This document shows, piece by piece, positions 55,942 to 64,000 of a DNA stretch of 64,000 bases. The DNA comes from Bacillota bacterium. GTDB taxonomy: Bacteria; Bacillota_I; Bacilli_A; RFN20; CAG-288. Made by a program: the position numbers and the translations under genes. The stretch is taken from assembly GCA_036830315.1 (NCBI GenBank), contig DAISOU010000003.1:30064-94063 (forward strand). The letters run 5' to 3'. The number at the start of each line of letters is the position of its first letter. The first letter of the stretch is position 1. The notes beneath the pieces were generated by a model. That model did no database searches and was not told the DNA's origin. It saw only the letters and a list, made by a program, of their open reading frames with translations.

Positions 55942-57253
55942 AACTAATAACCCTTTGGAAAACATCATCGAAAACAAGCTTGAGACTCAGATGGATACCC
56001 ATGGTGTCTCCTTCAAGAAGGACTTGGCTCTTTCAGACACTATTCTTTCCGTCCGTCATCTGAAGATGTTCTTCCCGATGAGTCAGAGCAAGAAACTGAA
56101 GGCCGTCCACGATATCTCCTTTGATATCAAAAGAGGCGAATGTTTCGGATTAGTCGGTGAATCAGGATGTGGAAAGACCACAACCGGACGTTCTTTAATC
56201 CGTCTTTACAGCATCACTTCCGGCTCGGTCTATTTCAAGGGTTATCGAGTCAATGCCGGCTCCCGCTGGAACGAGAAAGAAATCAAATGGTCGAAGATCA
56301 AAGGCCAGAATAAGATCAAAGAGCTTGAACAGAACGAACATTCTGAAATCAGCGAGATGGATTCCTCCACTCCTGAAAACCGTCAGATGATCGAAGACGT
56401 CAAGAACCGCTATGAGAGTCAGATCAAAGAAGTAAAAGATCATATCAGACAGACTCAGACTGAACAGAGAAATCAGATCAAGAAGATCAAGTATGACAAC
56501 ACTCATGTCGACCGTAAGCTCATGAGCAAGATGCAGATGATCTTCCAGGATCCTATCGACTCTCTCGATCCCCGTATGACTGTCGAAGAGATCATCGCCG
56601 AAGGTCTTACGATTCAGGGACATACAAATCGTGCTGAAAACCGCAAGAAGATCTACGATGTCTTAGAGGAAGTCGGCCTGAGAGCTGATTATGCTTCCCG
56701 TTATCCGAATGAATTCTCCGGTGGTCAGAGACAACGTATCGGCATTGCCAGAGCCGTTGTCATGAATCCGGAATTCTTAATCTGCGACGAACCTATCTCC
56801 GCTCTGGATGTCTCCATCAGAGCTCAGATCATCAATCTTCTCAACAACCTCAAGGAAGAACACGGATTGACTTTGATGTTCATCGCTCACGACTTATCAG
56901 TCGTCAAATATTTCTGTGATCGTATCGCTGTCATGTATTTCGGCGAGATGGTTGAATTGGCTACTTCCGATGAACTATTCGCCCATCCTCTTCATCCGTA
57001 CACCAGAGCCCTTCTCTCGGCTATTCCTAAACCTGACCCTATCAGTGAGAAGAAACGTCAGCGTATCATCTACAATCCGGCCAAAGAACATGACTATTCC
57101 AAAGACAAACCGGAATTCCAGGAAATCCTTCCTGGTCACTTTGTCTTAGCCAATGATGCTGAAATAGTGAAATATCGTCAGATGATCAAGGAAGACGACA
57201 TCGCTAACGCCAAAAAGGAAGAAGAACGTCAGAAGAAGGGAATCGAATATTAA
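55925..57253 (+). CDS. oppF: Oligopeptide ABC transporter ATPase with a roughly 75-aa insertion
   Basis: Motifs present are Walker A GESGCGKTT, IFQDP, FSGGQRQR, LICDEPISALD and IAHDL. I chose the ATG at 55925 (MSQNSK). The ORF-track start at 55916 is a GTG. It overlaps oppD by 17 nt. Confidence 0.9.
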   Translation: MSQNSKTNNPLENIIENKLETQMDTHGVSFKKDLALSDTILSVRHLKMFFPMSQSKKLKAVHDISFDIKRGECFGLVGESGCGKTTTGRSLIRLYSITSGSVYFKGYRVNAGSRWNEKEIKWSKIKGQNKIKELEQNEHSEISEMDSSTPENRQMIEDVKNRYESQIKEVKDHIRQTQTEQRNQIKKIKYDNTHVDRKLMSKMQMIFQDPIDSLDPRMTVEEIIAEGLTIQGHTNRAENRKKIYDVLEEVGLRADYASRYPNEFSGGQRQRIGIARAVVMNPEFLICDEPISALDVSIRAQIINLLNNLKEEHGLTLMFIAHDLSVVKYFCDRIAVMYFGEMVELATSDELFAHPLHPYTRALLSAIPKPDPISEKKRQRIIYNPAKEHDYSKDKPEFQEILPGHFVLANDAEIVKYRQMIKEDDIANAKKEEERQKKGIEY

Positions 57254-57258
57254 GCAGA

Positions 57259-57308
57259 AAATACCTTTCCAGGTTTCTCAAAAGAGACAGGAAAGGTATT
57301 TATTTTAT
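57259..57308 (+). terminator. Rho-independent terminator after oppF
   Basis: A 12-bp stem AAATACCTTTCC / GGAAAGGTATTT with an internally pairing loop, followed by a T-rich tail. Confidence 0.65.
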
Positions 57309-57314
57309 CCTTTC

Positions 57315-57328
57315 TGTTAGCGCTTACA
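57315..57328. promoter_or_regulatory. cre-like palindrome TGTTAGCGCTTACA (one mismatch)
   Basis: It differs at one position from TGWAANCGNTNWCA. It lies 198 nt upstream of the lipoprotein start at 57513. Confidence 0.4.
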
Positions 57329-57512
57329 AAGAAATAACTATCTTGTAAATCTTTCTTCTATAGAGCCTAAAAATAAAGAAAATACGTAAGTTTTAAGTCG
57401 GATGTCTTTTGTGTTTGAAGTTTTATCGATATAATTAATTCCGATAATTGAAGTATTGCTAACCGAATGTGGGTTATAATCTACTTTACTTATCTAACGA
57501 GGGGATTTTTGA

Positions 57513-59384
57513 ATGAAAAACAACAGAATCAAATTAAGTATCTTGTCTTTGGCCTTAGTCTTAGGCGGCATGACTTCCTGCGGCAAAACCGAAACTTCCA
57601 GTTCAGTTGATGCCGGGTCTTCTTCTTCTTCAGTCACCGACAACGGAACCATGGTTCAGATCGTTCTTTCGACTGCCAATAAGGAAATCGAAATCGGCAA
57701 TGAATTCACCGTCAAAGCCAAGATCGGCACCACTGCCGATAACAAGACTGCTGATTTCACAGTCGATGATCCTACTATTTTAAAGCTTCCTGATAATTCC
57801 AAAGGACAGGGATCAATCAGAGTCACGGCTTTGAAAATAGGAACAGCAGTCATCAAGGCAACAGCTGTCGCTAATCCTTTCTATACTGATACGATAACTA
57901 TCAATGTCATTGCCCTTAAGCCTACTTTGAGAGAAGCTTTCGCTGGTCTTGGCAAACTTAAAAACTATACTGTCTTTGGACACGACTTTGAAAACGATGA
58001 TATCGCCGATGCTCTCACTATCACCAAAATCACTGAAAAAGCACTCACTCAGACTGACAAAGACGGCAGTGCCTTCTTCACCAATGAAAACGGCGCTGTC
58101 AAGAAGTTCAGACGTATCGGAGAAGCCATCTCCAATGATGATGGCGGAAAAGCCGTCTATCTCGATAAGAACGAAAGCGGTAATTTTGTGACTGAAGACG
58201 CCGTCTTGGTCAAATCATCCAAAGGCTTTTTGACTTCCGATAATTTCCTCGGTTTCAGTGAAGGAGCTTATACTCCGAATGATTCAGGATATTTTTTTGG
58301 ATTCGCCGGAATCAATCCCACTTGGGCTACTAATACCAAGAATGCCGACAACACCTATGAGATTACCGGAACTACCCTTGATCAGGATTCCTCCTTTATC
58401 GAATGCATGCTCTGGCAGTTAGTTGACTGCAAGAGCTATCTTTCCTCAATCACTGCCAATAACGGTATCTTTTCTACCGTAGCCTCCAATATCAATACCA
58501 CCGTCATTGTAAATGGCGTCAATGACATTACCATTCAGCTCACTGACAATAACGAGAATGTTTACATCGGTGAAATCACCGATGTCGGAACTACTGCTTT
58601 TTCTGATGATGTCAACACTGCTATTACAAGTATCGTCGGTGCCGCTCCGGCTTTGACTGCTGATATGCAGGCCGGACGTACAGCTATTCTGGCCAACAAC
58701 TACATTCAGACGAACCTCAATTATCCTGATCACACTACTCAGTTAACCTATTATTCTTATGTCACTGAAAAATATGTCTTTAATTATCTCGATAACGAGT
58801 TTGTCACCAAGTATAATTCTCTGACGACTGTCGGACCTCTGACGAAGTCATCAGGCGGATATTACAAAGGCACTGACGGCATCTATAAATTTGAAGTCAC
58901 TAATCCGACTTCTACTTCTGAGGCCTCTTTGAAGAGCTATACCAAGGTAGAAGGAACTGATGCTTCTAGCAGTCTGACCAAAGTCGCTTCCTATATGAGT
59001 GAGTTAAAGTCTATCTCAACTGATATGATCTATTCTTTCAGCGATGAGACAGCTTCTAACTGGGACGGAGATTCTAACGCATATCATTCAACTTCCTCTG
59101 TTGATGTCTTCTGGGAATTTGCCAATTACTACGCTATCGAAGATTACAGCGACACTGATAACTATAAGTTCCACTTTGAAAAGGCCCAGAGCGGTATTGC
59201 CGTCAAGATGAACAGCGATAATACCAAGGCTGAGGAAATCAATTTCTCCGTTGCTTCTTATCCTTTCATCAATGATGACGGAACTGATGGCACCAGCTGG
59301 GGTGTCAATCGTTTCAGCATCGGATCATTTGGTAACGGCAAGAGCACCTTGGCTGAAACTCTGTTATCCGGTAAATTAGCATAA
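57513..59384 (+). CDS. Surface lipoprotein, unknown function, N-terminal Ig-like (Big_2-type) domain; paralog of 59651..61465
   Basis: 623 aa with lipobox GGMTS-C. It has an Ig-like segment (IRVTALKIGTAVIKATAVANP). Colinear similarity to the next gene is visible by eye in several blocks. Confidence 0.75.
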   Translation: MKNNRIKLSILSLALVLGGMTSCGKTETSSSVDAGSSSSSVTDNGTMVQIVLSTANKEIEIGNEFTVKAKIGTTADNKTADFTVDDPTILKLPDNSKGQGSIRVTALKIGTAVIKATAVANPFYTDTITINVIALKPTLREAFAGLGKLKNYTVFGHDFENDDIADALTITKITEKALTQTDKDGSAFFTNENGAVKKFRRIGEAISNDDGGKAVYLDKNESGNFVTEDAVLVKSSKGFLTSDNFLGFSEGAYTPNDSGYFFGFAGINPTWATNTKNADNTYEITGTTLDQDSSFIECMLWQLVDCKSYLSSITANNGIFSTVASNINTTVIVNGVNDITIQLTDNNENVYIGEITDVGTTAFSDDVNTAITSIVGAAPALTADMQAGRTAILANNYIQTNLNYPDHTTQLTYYSYVTEKYVFNYLDNEFVTKYNSLTTVGPLTKSSGGYYKGTDGIYKFEVTNPTSTSEASLKSYTKVEGTDASSSLTKVASYMSELKSISTDMIYSFSDETASNWDGDSNAYHSTSSVDVFWEFANYYAIEDYSDTDNYKFHFEKAQSGIAVKMNSDNTKAEEINFSVASYPFINDDGTDGTSWGVNRFSIGSFGNGKSTLAETLLSGKLA

Positions 59385-59433
59385 AGAACGTTTTTATCTG
59401 TTATTTTGACGAAAACAAATCACCCAGCTCTGC

Positions 59434-59447
59434 TGTAAGCGTTTACA
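59434..59447. promoter_or_regulatory. cre-like palindrome TGTAAGCGTTTACA (identical to the 43138 copy)
   Basis: An exact 14-mer repeat, 217 nt upstream of the lipoprotein start at 59651. A candidate extended -10, TGAGATAAT, is at 59601-59609. Confidence 0.5.
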
Positions 59448-59650
59448 TCAATATCTGTTTTTGAGATTTAAAGAAGTTTTAATCATAGTTTTTAATAAAA
59501 ACTATTAGATTTTTGTTATTTTTCTTTGTTTTTAGCTTATTTTTCAATTTTATCTCAAAAGAATCAACTTCTTCAGATAATCAACTTTCTTTTTCTCTTT
59601 TGAGATAATAGTAAAACGTATAAACGTATTGTAAAGGAGATCACAATATA

Positions 59651-61465
59651 ATGAAAAAGAGATTATTATTAACTCTTGCTGCCTTATCCACTTTGACTAT
59701 TGGTTTGGCATCATGCGGAACCAACACTTCTACTTCTACTTCTACTTCTACTTCAGTAGCCCCTTCTTATGAAGATGCTACTATCAAGATCGGCACTGCC
59801 GATGGCACTCAGATTGAAAAAGGAAATTCCATCACTGTCAAAGCCACTGTCAACACTGCTGCTGAGAACAAGACCAGCAACTGGACTTTTTCTGAAGGCT
59901 ATGAATCTATCATCGAAACCCCGGATCTTACTTATGGTGTCGGCTCTATCAAGATTACCGGCAAGGCTGTCGGCACTGTTTCCATCACTGCCACTTCAGT
60001 TGCTAATCCCACAGTTACTAAGACTATCAGCGTTGAAGTCATCGCTGCCAAGCCTTCTTTAAGAGCGGCTTGGAAGAATATCGCTTCTTTGAAGAACTAC
60101 ACCTTGAAAGGCGTTGCCGATGAAACTGGAACTTCAACTGCTGCTGAGTCTGTTATCAAGGTAACTGACAAGGCTATTACTCAGACTTTGGGCGGAGAGT
60201 CTTTGTATTTCTCTGATAGCACTAAGACCGCTAACAGACTTGGTATCGGTCTCGACAAAGATGGATATGCCATGTATCTCGATCAGAACAAGACTGATAA
60301 GTCTTTTGTTTCCCCCGCTGTCCGTGCCACCTCTTCTTTAGGATTCCTGACCGCTGATACTTTTACAGGAGCCGGAACTGCTGCCACTTCTGTTAATGAT
60401 GTTTCTCTTTTCTATGGCTTAGCTGCCGTCAATCCTAATTGGCTTACTTCTACTAAGACTGATGACAATGTCTATGTCATTGAAGGAACTCAGACTGATC
60501 AGAATGCTGCCATGGTCGAATTTGCTCTCTGGCAGTTGATTGATCCTGCAAGCTGCAGCGCTTTCTTAAGCAGCATCTCTGGAGATGTTTACTTCTATGC
60601 TATTGCTGCTGCTGTCAATACAACTATCGAAGTAGTTGGAAAAACTGAAGTCAAAATCAATTTGTCTTTGGCTTCTTCTGAAACTGATAAGACCATTGGT
60701 ACCTTAACTGATATCGGTACTACTGCTCAGGCTGATGACGTCAATACTTTCCTCGGAGATACAACTAAGGCTGTTTCTGAGGCTCCTGCTCTTACTGGAA
60801 CTTTAGGAAGCATCAAAACTACTATGGATCAGTATGGCAAGATCAACTATGTTCAGAAGAATATTATCCAACTCAAGACTGGCTATATCTCCTATAACAG
60901 TTATTATTCAGAAAATTACTTCTTTGCCTTCCAGGATGAAGCCTTTGTTACTGCTTATAATGCGGCCTCAGGTAAGAGTTTGACAGTTGGCGGTTCGGGT
61001 GTCTACAATGTCGGTGGTCAGCTCTTTAAGTTCACTATTGACGCTGCTGGCAAAGTCACTAAGGCTGCAACCGCCTCTGCTACTCTTCCTACTGGTGAAA
61101 CATTTGGTCAGTACATTGGCTATATCGGATATACTGATATCTTTAATGGTGGAATGTATGCCTTAGGAAGCACCGCTGGAGAGATTTTCACCGGTATGGG
61201 TTCTTATTATTTCACCTCTTCTGCTGCAGTTGCTTTAGCCCATATGGATTACTATTGGGGAGAAACTGAGACCGCTGATTCTTATTACTCTGGTATGAAC
61301 GCTGTGTTCAATAGCACCGATCCTGCTAAGATCGATACAATCAAATGCTTCTTCGGCTATGGCGCTAATAATAGCTACCATGTCTCCCAATATGAGCTTT
61401 CTCAATTTGGAACTTCTACTACTAATGACTACAATGCCGCCATTGTTGCTGCCTTTGCTGCTTAG
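59651..61465 (+). CDS. Surface lipoprotein, unknown function, N-terminal Ig-like domain; paralog of 57513..59384
   Basis: 604 aa with lipobox IGLAS-C and RBS AAGGAG. Blocks shared with the upstream paralog include SVANPTVTKTISVEVIAAKPSLRAAW and EFALWQLID. Confidence 0.75.
   Translation: MKKRLLLTLAALSTLTIGLASCGTNTSTSTSTSTSVAPSYEDATIKIGTADGTQIEKGNSITVKATVNTAAENKTSNWTFSEGYESIIETPDLTYGVGSIKITGKAVGTVSITATSVANPTVTKTISVEVIAAKPSLRAAWKNIASLKNYTLKGVADETGTSTAAESVIKVTDKAITQTLGGESLYFSDSTKTANRLGIGLDKDGYAMYLDQNKTDKSFVSPAVRATSSLGFLTADTFTGAGTAATSVNDVSLFYGLAAVNPNWLTSTKTDDNVYVIEGTQTDQNAAMVEFALWQLIDPASCSAFLSSISGDVYFYAIAAAVNTTIEVVGKTEVKINLSLASSETDKTIGTLTDIGTTAQADDVNTFLGDTTKAVSEAPALTGTLGSIKTTMDQYGKINYVQKNIIQLKTGYISYNSYYSENYFFAFQDEAFVTAYNAASGKSLTVGGSGVYNVGGQLFKFTIDAAGKVTKAATASATLPTGETFGQYIGYIGYTDIFNGGMYALGSTAGEIFTGMGSYYFTSSAAVALAHMDYYWGETETADSYYSGMNAVFNSTDPAKIDTIKCFFGYGANNSYHVSQYELSQFGTSTTNDYNAAIVAAFAA
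59726..59755 (+). repeat. In-frame hexanucleotide tandem repeat (ACTTCT)x4 plus one imperfect unit, encoding (TS)n just after the lipobox Cys
   Basis: Read directly: ACTTCT ACTTCT ACTTCT ACTTCT ACTTCA. Confidence 0.8.
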
Positions 61466-61488
61466 TCTAATAAGATAAGAAAAGAAAT

Positions 61489-61525
61489 AAAGGCTACGCT
61501 GTTGTTTACGGCGTAGCCTTTTTCT
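61489..61525 (+). terminator. Rho-independent terminator after the second paralogous lipoprotein gene
   Basis: The stem AAAGGCTACGC / GCGTAGCCTTT is followed by TTTCT. Confidence 0.75.
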
Positions 61526-61555
61526 ATAATCTATACATATATTCGGAGGTATCCA

Positions 61556-61861
61556 ATGCATAAAGGCTTATATAATATTTTGCAGGCCCTGACGGCTTTC
61601 TTGACAGTCGGCGGATTAATCGGATTTATCCTGGAATTAAATCTAGTCGGAAAATTCGATGGCATGGTGACCGCTTTTCTCAGTGTCTTCATCATCGGCC
61701 TTATCGGTTATTTAGTAGTAAGAGTTGTCTATAATGTCACTAAAAACGATAACACCATCAAAGACAAGACTATTCGCTGTCCTTACTGCCAGAGCATCAA
61801 TGACGAAGATGCCGTCTACTGCAAAAAGTGCGGAAAGAAACTGAAAGAAGAACAAAAATAA
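61556..61861 (+). CDS. Small membrane protein with a C-terminal zinc-ribbon
   Basis: 101 aa with two hydrophobic helices followed by CPYCQS...YCKKCGKK (CxxC...CxxC). Confidence 0.6.
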   Translation: MHKGLYNILQALTAFLTVGGLIGFILELNLVGKFDGMVTAFLSVFIIGLIGYLVVRVVYNVTKNDNTIKDKTIRCPYCQSINDEDAVYCKKCGKKLKEEQK

Positions 61862-61888
61862 AATACACGCCCCCGGGCGTGTATTTTT
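61861..61888. terminator. Bidirectional GC-rich hairpin terminator
   Basis: ATACACGCC-CCCG-GGCGTGTAT is flanked by A- and T-runs and lies between convergent genes. Confidence 0.75.
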
Positions 61889-61914
61889 ACATTGCTGTTC
61901 TTAGATATAAGTTG

Positions 61915-62874
61915 TTATTTGTCTTCCTGACGATAAACCTTGTCTATTATGAATGTTGGCCGTCCTCTGGTATTAATCAAAATGTTGTGCTCATATAGAG
62001 CGAGGATTCCTAAAGTGAAGACGATGATTCCAACACCTAGGAAGATAAAACTGATGATCATGAAGACTGTCACTGCACTGTAGGGAAGAATGACGTTGCA
62101 TAAACCTAGAATATAGATGATAAGCAGGGCCAAAGAGGAAACGGAGAAGAATCCTGTCATCACACTGCCGGCGATAATAGGCGTATATAGAGGATGACTG
62201 GTTCCGCTTGAGATGTTATCAAAGGCGTAGTTTACCATCTTCTTTAAATTGTATTTTGATGTTCCTGCCTGTCTCTTTTCTCTCGAGAAATCAATATGAC
62301 AGGTCTTCATTCCTATCAGAGGAATCTCCGTTATGATGAGACGGTCTTTTTCAGGCAGGGAATTTAAGACATCGACAGCTCTTCTTGAGAGGCCACGGAA
62401 ACAATTGATGTTTTCCGGCAGAACCTTCTTGCCTTCTATCTTGTTGATGAACTTATAGAAGAAACCTGCTGACTTTCTTTTAAACAATGAATCTTCTTTT
62501 CTGCTTGTTCGATGAGGAGAGACGACATCAAAGCCATCGGTAAATTTGTCAGCGATCTCTTTCAAAAGAGTAACCGGATCCTGAAGGTCAGAATCCATCA
62601 TGATGACAAAATCGCCTTTTGCAGTCACGAGTCCGGCACTGAAGGCTGGATTCTGACCGAAGTTCTTGGCTAAGTTGACGATAGTGATGTCGTTTCTATA
62701 TGTATATAATTCATGCATCACTCTCAAAGTATTGTCATTGGAACCATCATTGACCAAGACAAAGTCGAATTGATAGTCTTTGATGTCTTTGATGACATCA
62801 TCGACCGCGTCAAAATAGAATGGCAAAGACTCTTCTTCGTTATAACAAGGTAAGATAACACTGATTCTTTTCAT
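61915..62874 (-). CDS. GT2 polyprenol-phosphate glycosyltransferase (GtrB/CsbB-like) with two C-terminal TM helices
   Basis: It has ISVILPCYNEEESL, VNDGSNDNT and MDSDLQDP motifs, plus a hydrophobic C-terminus. I chose the ATG at 62874, which has AGAGG upstream. The ORF-track start at 62880 is a GTG that abuts this RBS. Confidence 0.85.
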   Translation of the reverse strand: MKRISVILPCYNEEESLPFYFDAVDDVIKDIKDYQFDFVLVNDGSNDNTLRVMHELYTYRNDITIVNLAKNFGQNPAFSAGLVTAKGDFVIMMDSDLQDPVTLLKEIADKFTDGFDVVSPHRTSRKEDSLFKRKSAGFFYKFINKIEGKKVLPENINCFRGLSRRAVDVLNSLPEKDRLIITEIPLIGMKTCHIDFSREKRQAGTSKYNLKKMVNYAFDNISSGTSHPLYTPIIAGSVMTGFFSVSSLALLIIYILGLCNVILPYSAVTVFMIISFIFLGVGIIVFTLGILALYEHNILINTRGRPTFIIDKVYRQEDK

Positions 62875-62965
62875 TTGCACCTCTTTAGATAAGTCACATA
62901 ATTTATATTAATTATAAGACATTCGCTGGTGTTTTTGGTTAAAATACTAAAAGCGAGGTATTTGT

Positions 62966-64000
62966 ATGAATAAAGAGGAACAAGATAATAACGACCTGAC
63001 TTTAGAAGAAAAGGCCAGTTTTTTACGAGGAGTCGGTAATTGGAATACCTATTCAGTGGAAAGAAAGAACATCAAATCAGTCAGAATGAGCGATGGTCCT
63101 ATCGGTGTCAGAAAAGAAAAAGTCTCAGACGGAAAACCTCTTTCCGAGGCCAAAGTCTCTGTCTGCATGCCTAGCGGTGCTCTCCTTTGTTCTTCGTTTG
63201 ACAGAAAACTCGCTTATGAGTTTGGTAAGACTCTAGGAGAAGAAAGCAAAGCCTATGCTGTCAATATCCTTTTAGGGCCGGCCATCAACATCAAAAGATC
63301 TCCTTTGGGTGGAAGAGGATTTGAGTATTACAGCGAAGACCCACTTCTGGCCGGAACTATGGGGAGTTCATATATCAACGGACTTCAAAGCCAGGGTATC
63401 GGAGCCTCTTTGAAACATTATTGCTGCAACTCCCAGGAGACTGGTCGAATGAATATCGACGAGATTATCGATTATCGTGCTCTGCATGAAATCTATCTCA
63501 AGGCCTTTGAAATAGCCGTCAAGAAAAGTCAGCCATATACTGTCATGGTCAGCTATAACAAAGTGAATGGCTTCCATACGACTGAAAGCCAGGAGCTACT
63601 GACAGACATTCTCCGTACAGACTGGGGCTATAAAGGAGTCACTATCTCTGACTGGGGTGCTGTTTTTGATCCTATAGCATCTGTTAAAGCCGGCTTAGAT
63701 ATAGAGATGCCCTGTGATCATTATTATCACTATCAAAAAGTGCTTGAGGAAATAAGAAAAGACAAAGACTTTGAACATAAGGCCGATGAATCTGTTTCCA
63801 GAATCATCGAATTGAATAATCGCTGTTCTTCTCTTGAAGAGACTGGCTATGATTTTGAAAAAGACCATCAGTTTTCCAAAGAAGCAGCCTGTGATTCTAT
63901 CATCCTGTTAAAGAATGAAAAAGTCCTTCCTTTAAAGAAGAATGAAAGTCTTGCCATCATCGGACCTTTTGCCGCCAATCCTAGATATCAGGGCGGTGGA
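62966..64000 (+). CDS. Glycoside hydrolase family 3 (beta-glucosidase-like), canonical domain order, 5' part (runs off the right edge)
   Basis: It is not in the ORF track because no stop falls in the window. The ATG at 62966 has GAGG 7 nt upstream and the frame stays open to 64000. The translation contains MSDGPIGVR, RSPLGGRGFEYYSEDP, KHYCCNSQETGR, SYNKVNG and ISDWGA. No signal peptide is present. Confidence 0.85.
   Translation, partial: MNKEEQDNNDLTLEEKASFLRGVGNWNTYSVERKNIKSVRMSDGPIGVRKEKVSDGKPLSEAKVSVCMPSGALLCSSFDRKLAYEFGKTLGEESKAYAVNILLGPAINIKRSPLGGRGFEYYSEDPLLAGTMGSSYINGLQSQGIGASLKHYCCNSQETGRMNIDEIIDYRALHEIYLKAFEIAVKKSQPYTVMVSYNKVNGFHTTESQELLTDILRTDWGYKGVTISDWGAVFDPIASVKAGLDIEMPCDHYYHYQKVLEEIRKDKDFEHKADESVSRIIELNNRCSSLEETGYDFEKDHQFSKEAACDSIILLKNEKVLPLKKNESLAIIGPFAANPRYQGGG

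Noticed and set aside
1-64000. Mycoplasma-type code (TGA = Trp), tRNA/rRNA genes, CRISPR arrays, IS elements or transposases, and prophage genes
   Set aside because: TGA ends several conserved proteins at their expected lengths, and Trp positions use TGG. I saw no tRNA T-arm or rRNA signatures, no regularly spaced direct repeats, and no transposase, integrase or phage-structural motifs in any frame of the ORF track.

Overview
This window is the chromosomal replication-origin region of a low-GC, lipoprotein-rich bacterium of Bacillota/Mycoplasmatota type. It uses the standard genetic code: TGA ends lgt, tatD, rhaA and the GH78 gene at normal protein lengths, and Trp is TGG. Core origin genes present are rpmH-rnpA-yidC-jag (17.3-20.1 kb, minus strand), mnmE-tatD-rnmV-rsmA (2.5-6.1 kb, minus strand), dnaA (31977-33344) and dnaN (37382-38542). 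There are two DnaA-box clusters, one upstream of dnaA and one upstream of dnaN.

Accessory blocks break the usual origin synteny:
- An ~11-kb L-rhamnose/rhamnoside locus lies between jag and mnmE. It holds a DeoR regulator, rhaB, rhaA, rhaD, a membrane-anchored domain-permuted GH3, a 4-TM protein and a GH78 alpha-L-rhamnosidase.
- About 12 kb of mixed genes lie between rpmH and dnaA: an esterase, ispE, a Sel1-repeat protein, thiamine pyrophosphokinase, a PPC/DUF296 protein, a heterodimeric ABC exporter, an M6-like metalloprotease lipoprotein and a DUF368 protein.
- Two accessory genes are inserted between dnaA and dnaN: a membrane protein with a DUF2188 tail and a metzincin-like lipoprotein.
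- Downstream of dnaN there is no recF or gyrBA. Instead there is an orphan 1015-aa protein with an HNH-like module, a long coiled coil and a degenerate second HNH-like module.
- That gene is followed by ~20 kb devoted to proteolysis and peptide uptake. It comprises pepT, a 1365-aa S8 cell-envelope protease, an Opp transporter with very large insertions and two paralogous lipoproteins. A repeated cre-like palindrome punctuates this block.

Surface enzymes are anchored by lipoboxes or transmembrane helices, and no LPXTG motif is seen. That suggests, but does not prove, a wall-less or wall-reduced lineage. I recognised no rRNA, tRNA, CRISPR array, transposase or prophage genes. All functional calls rest on motif recognition by eye in the supplied translations, and no database search was run.
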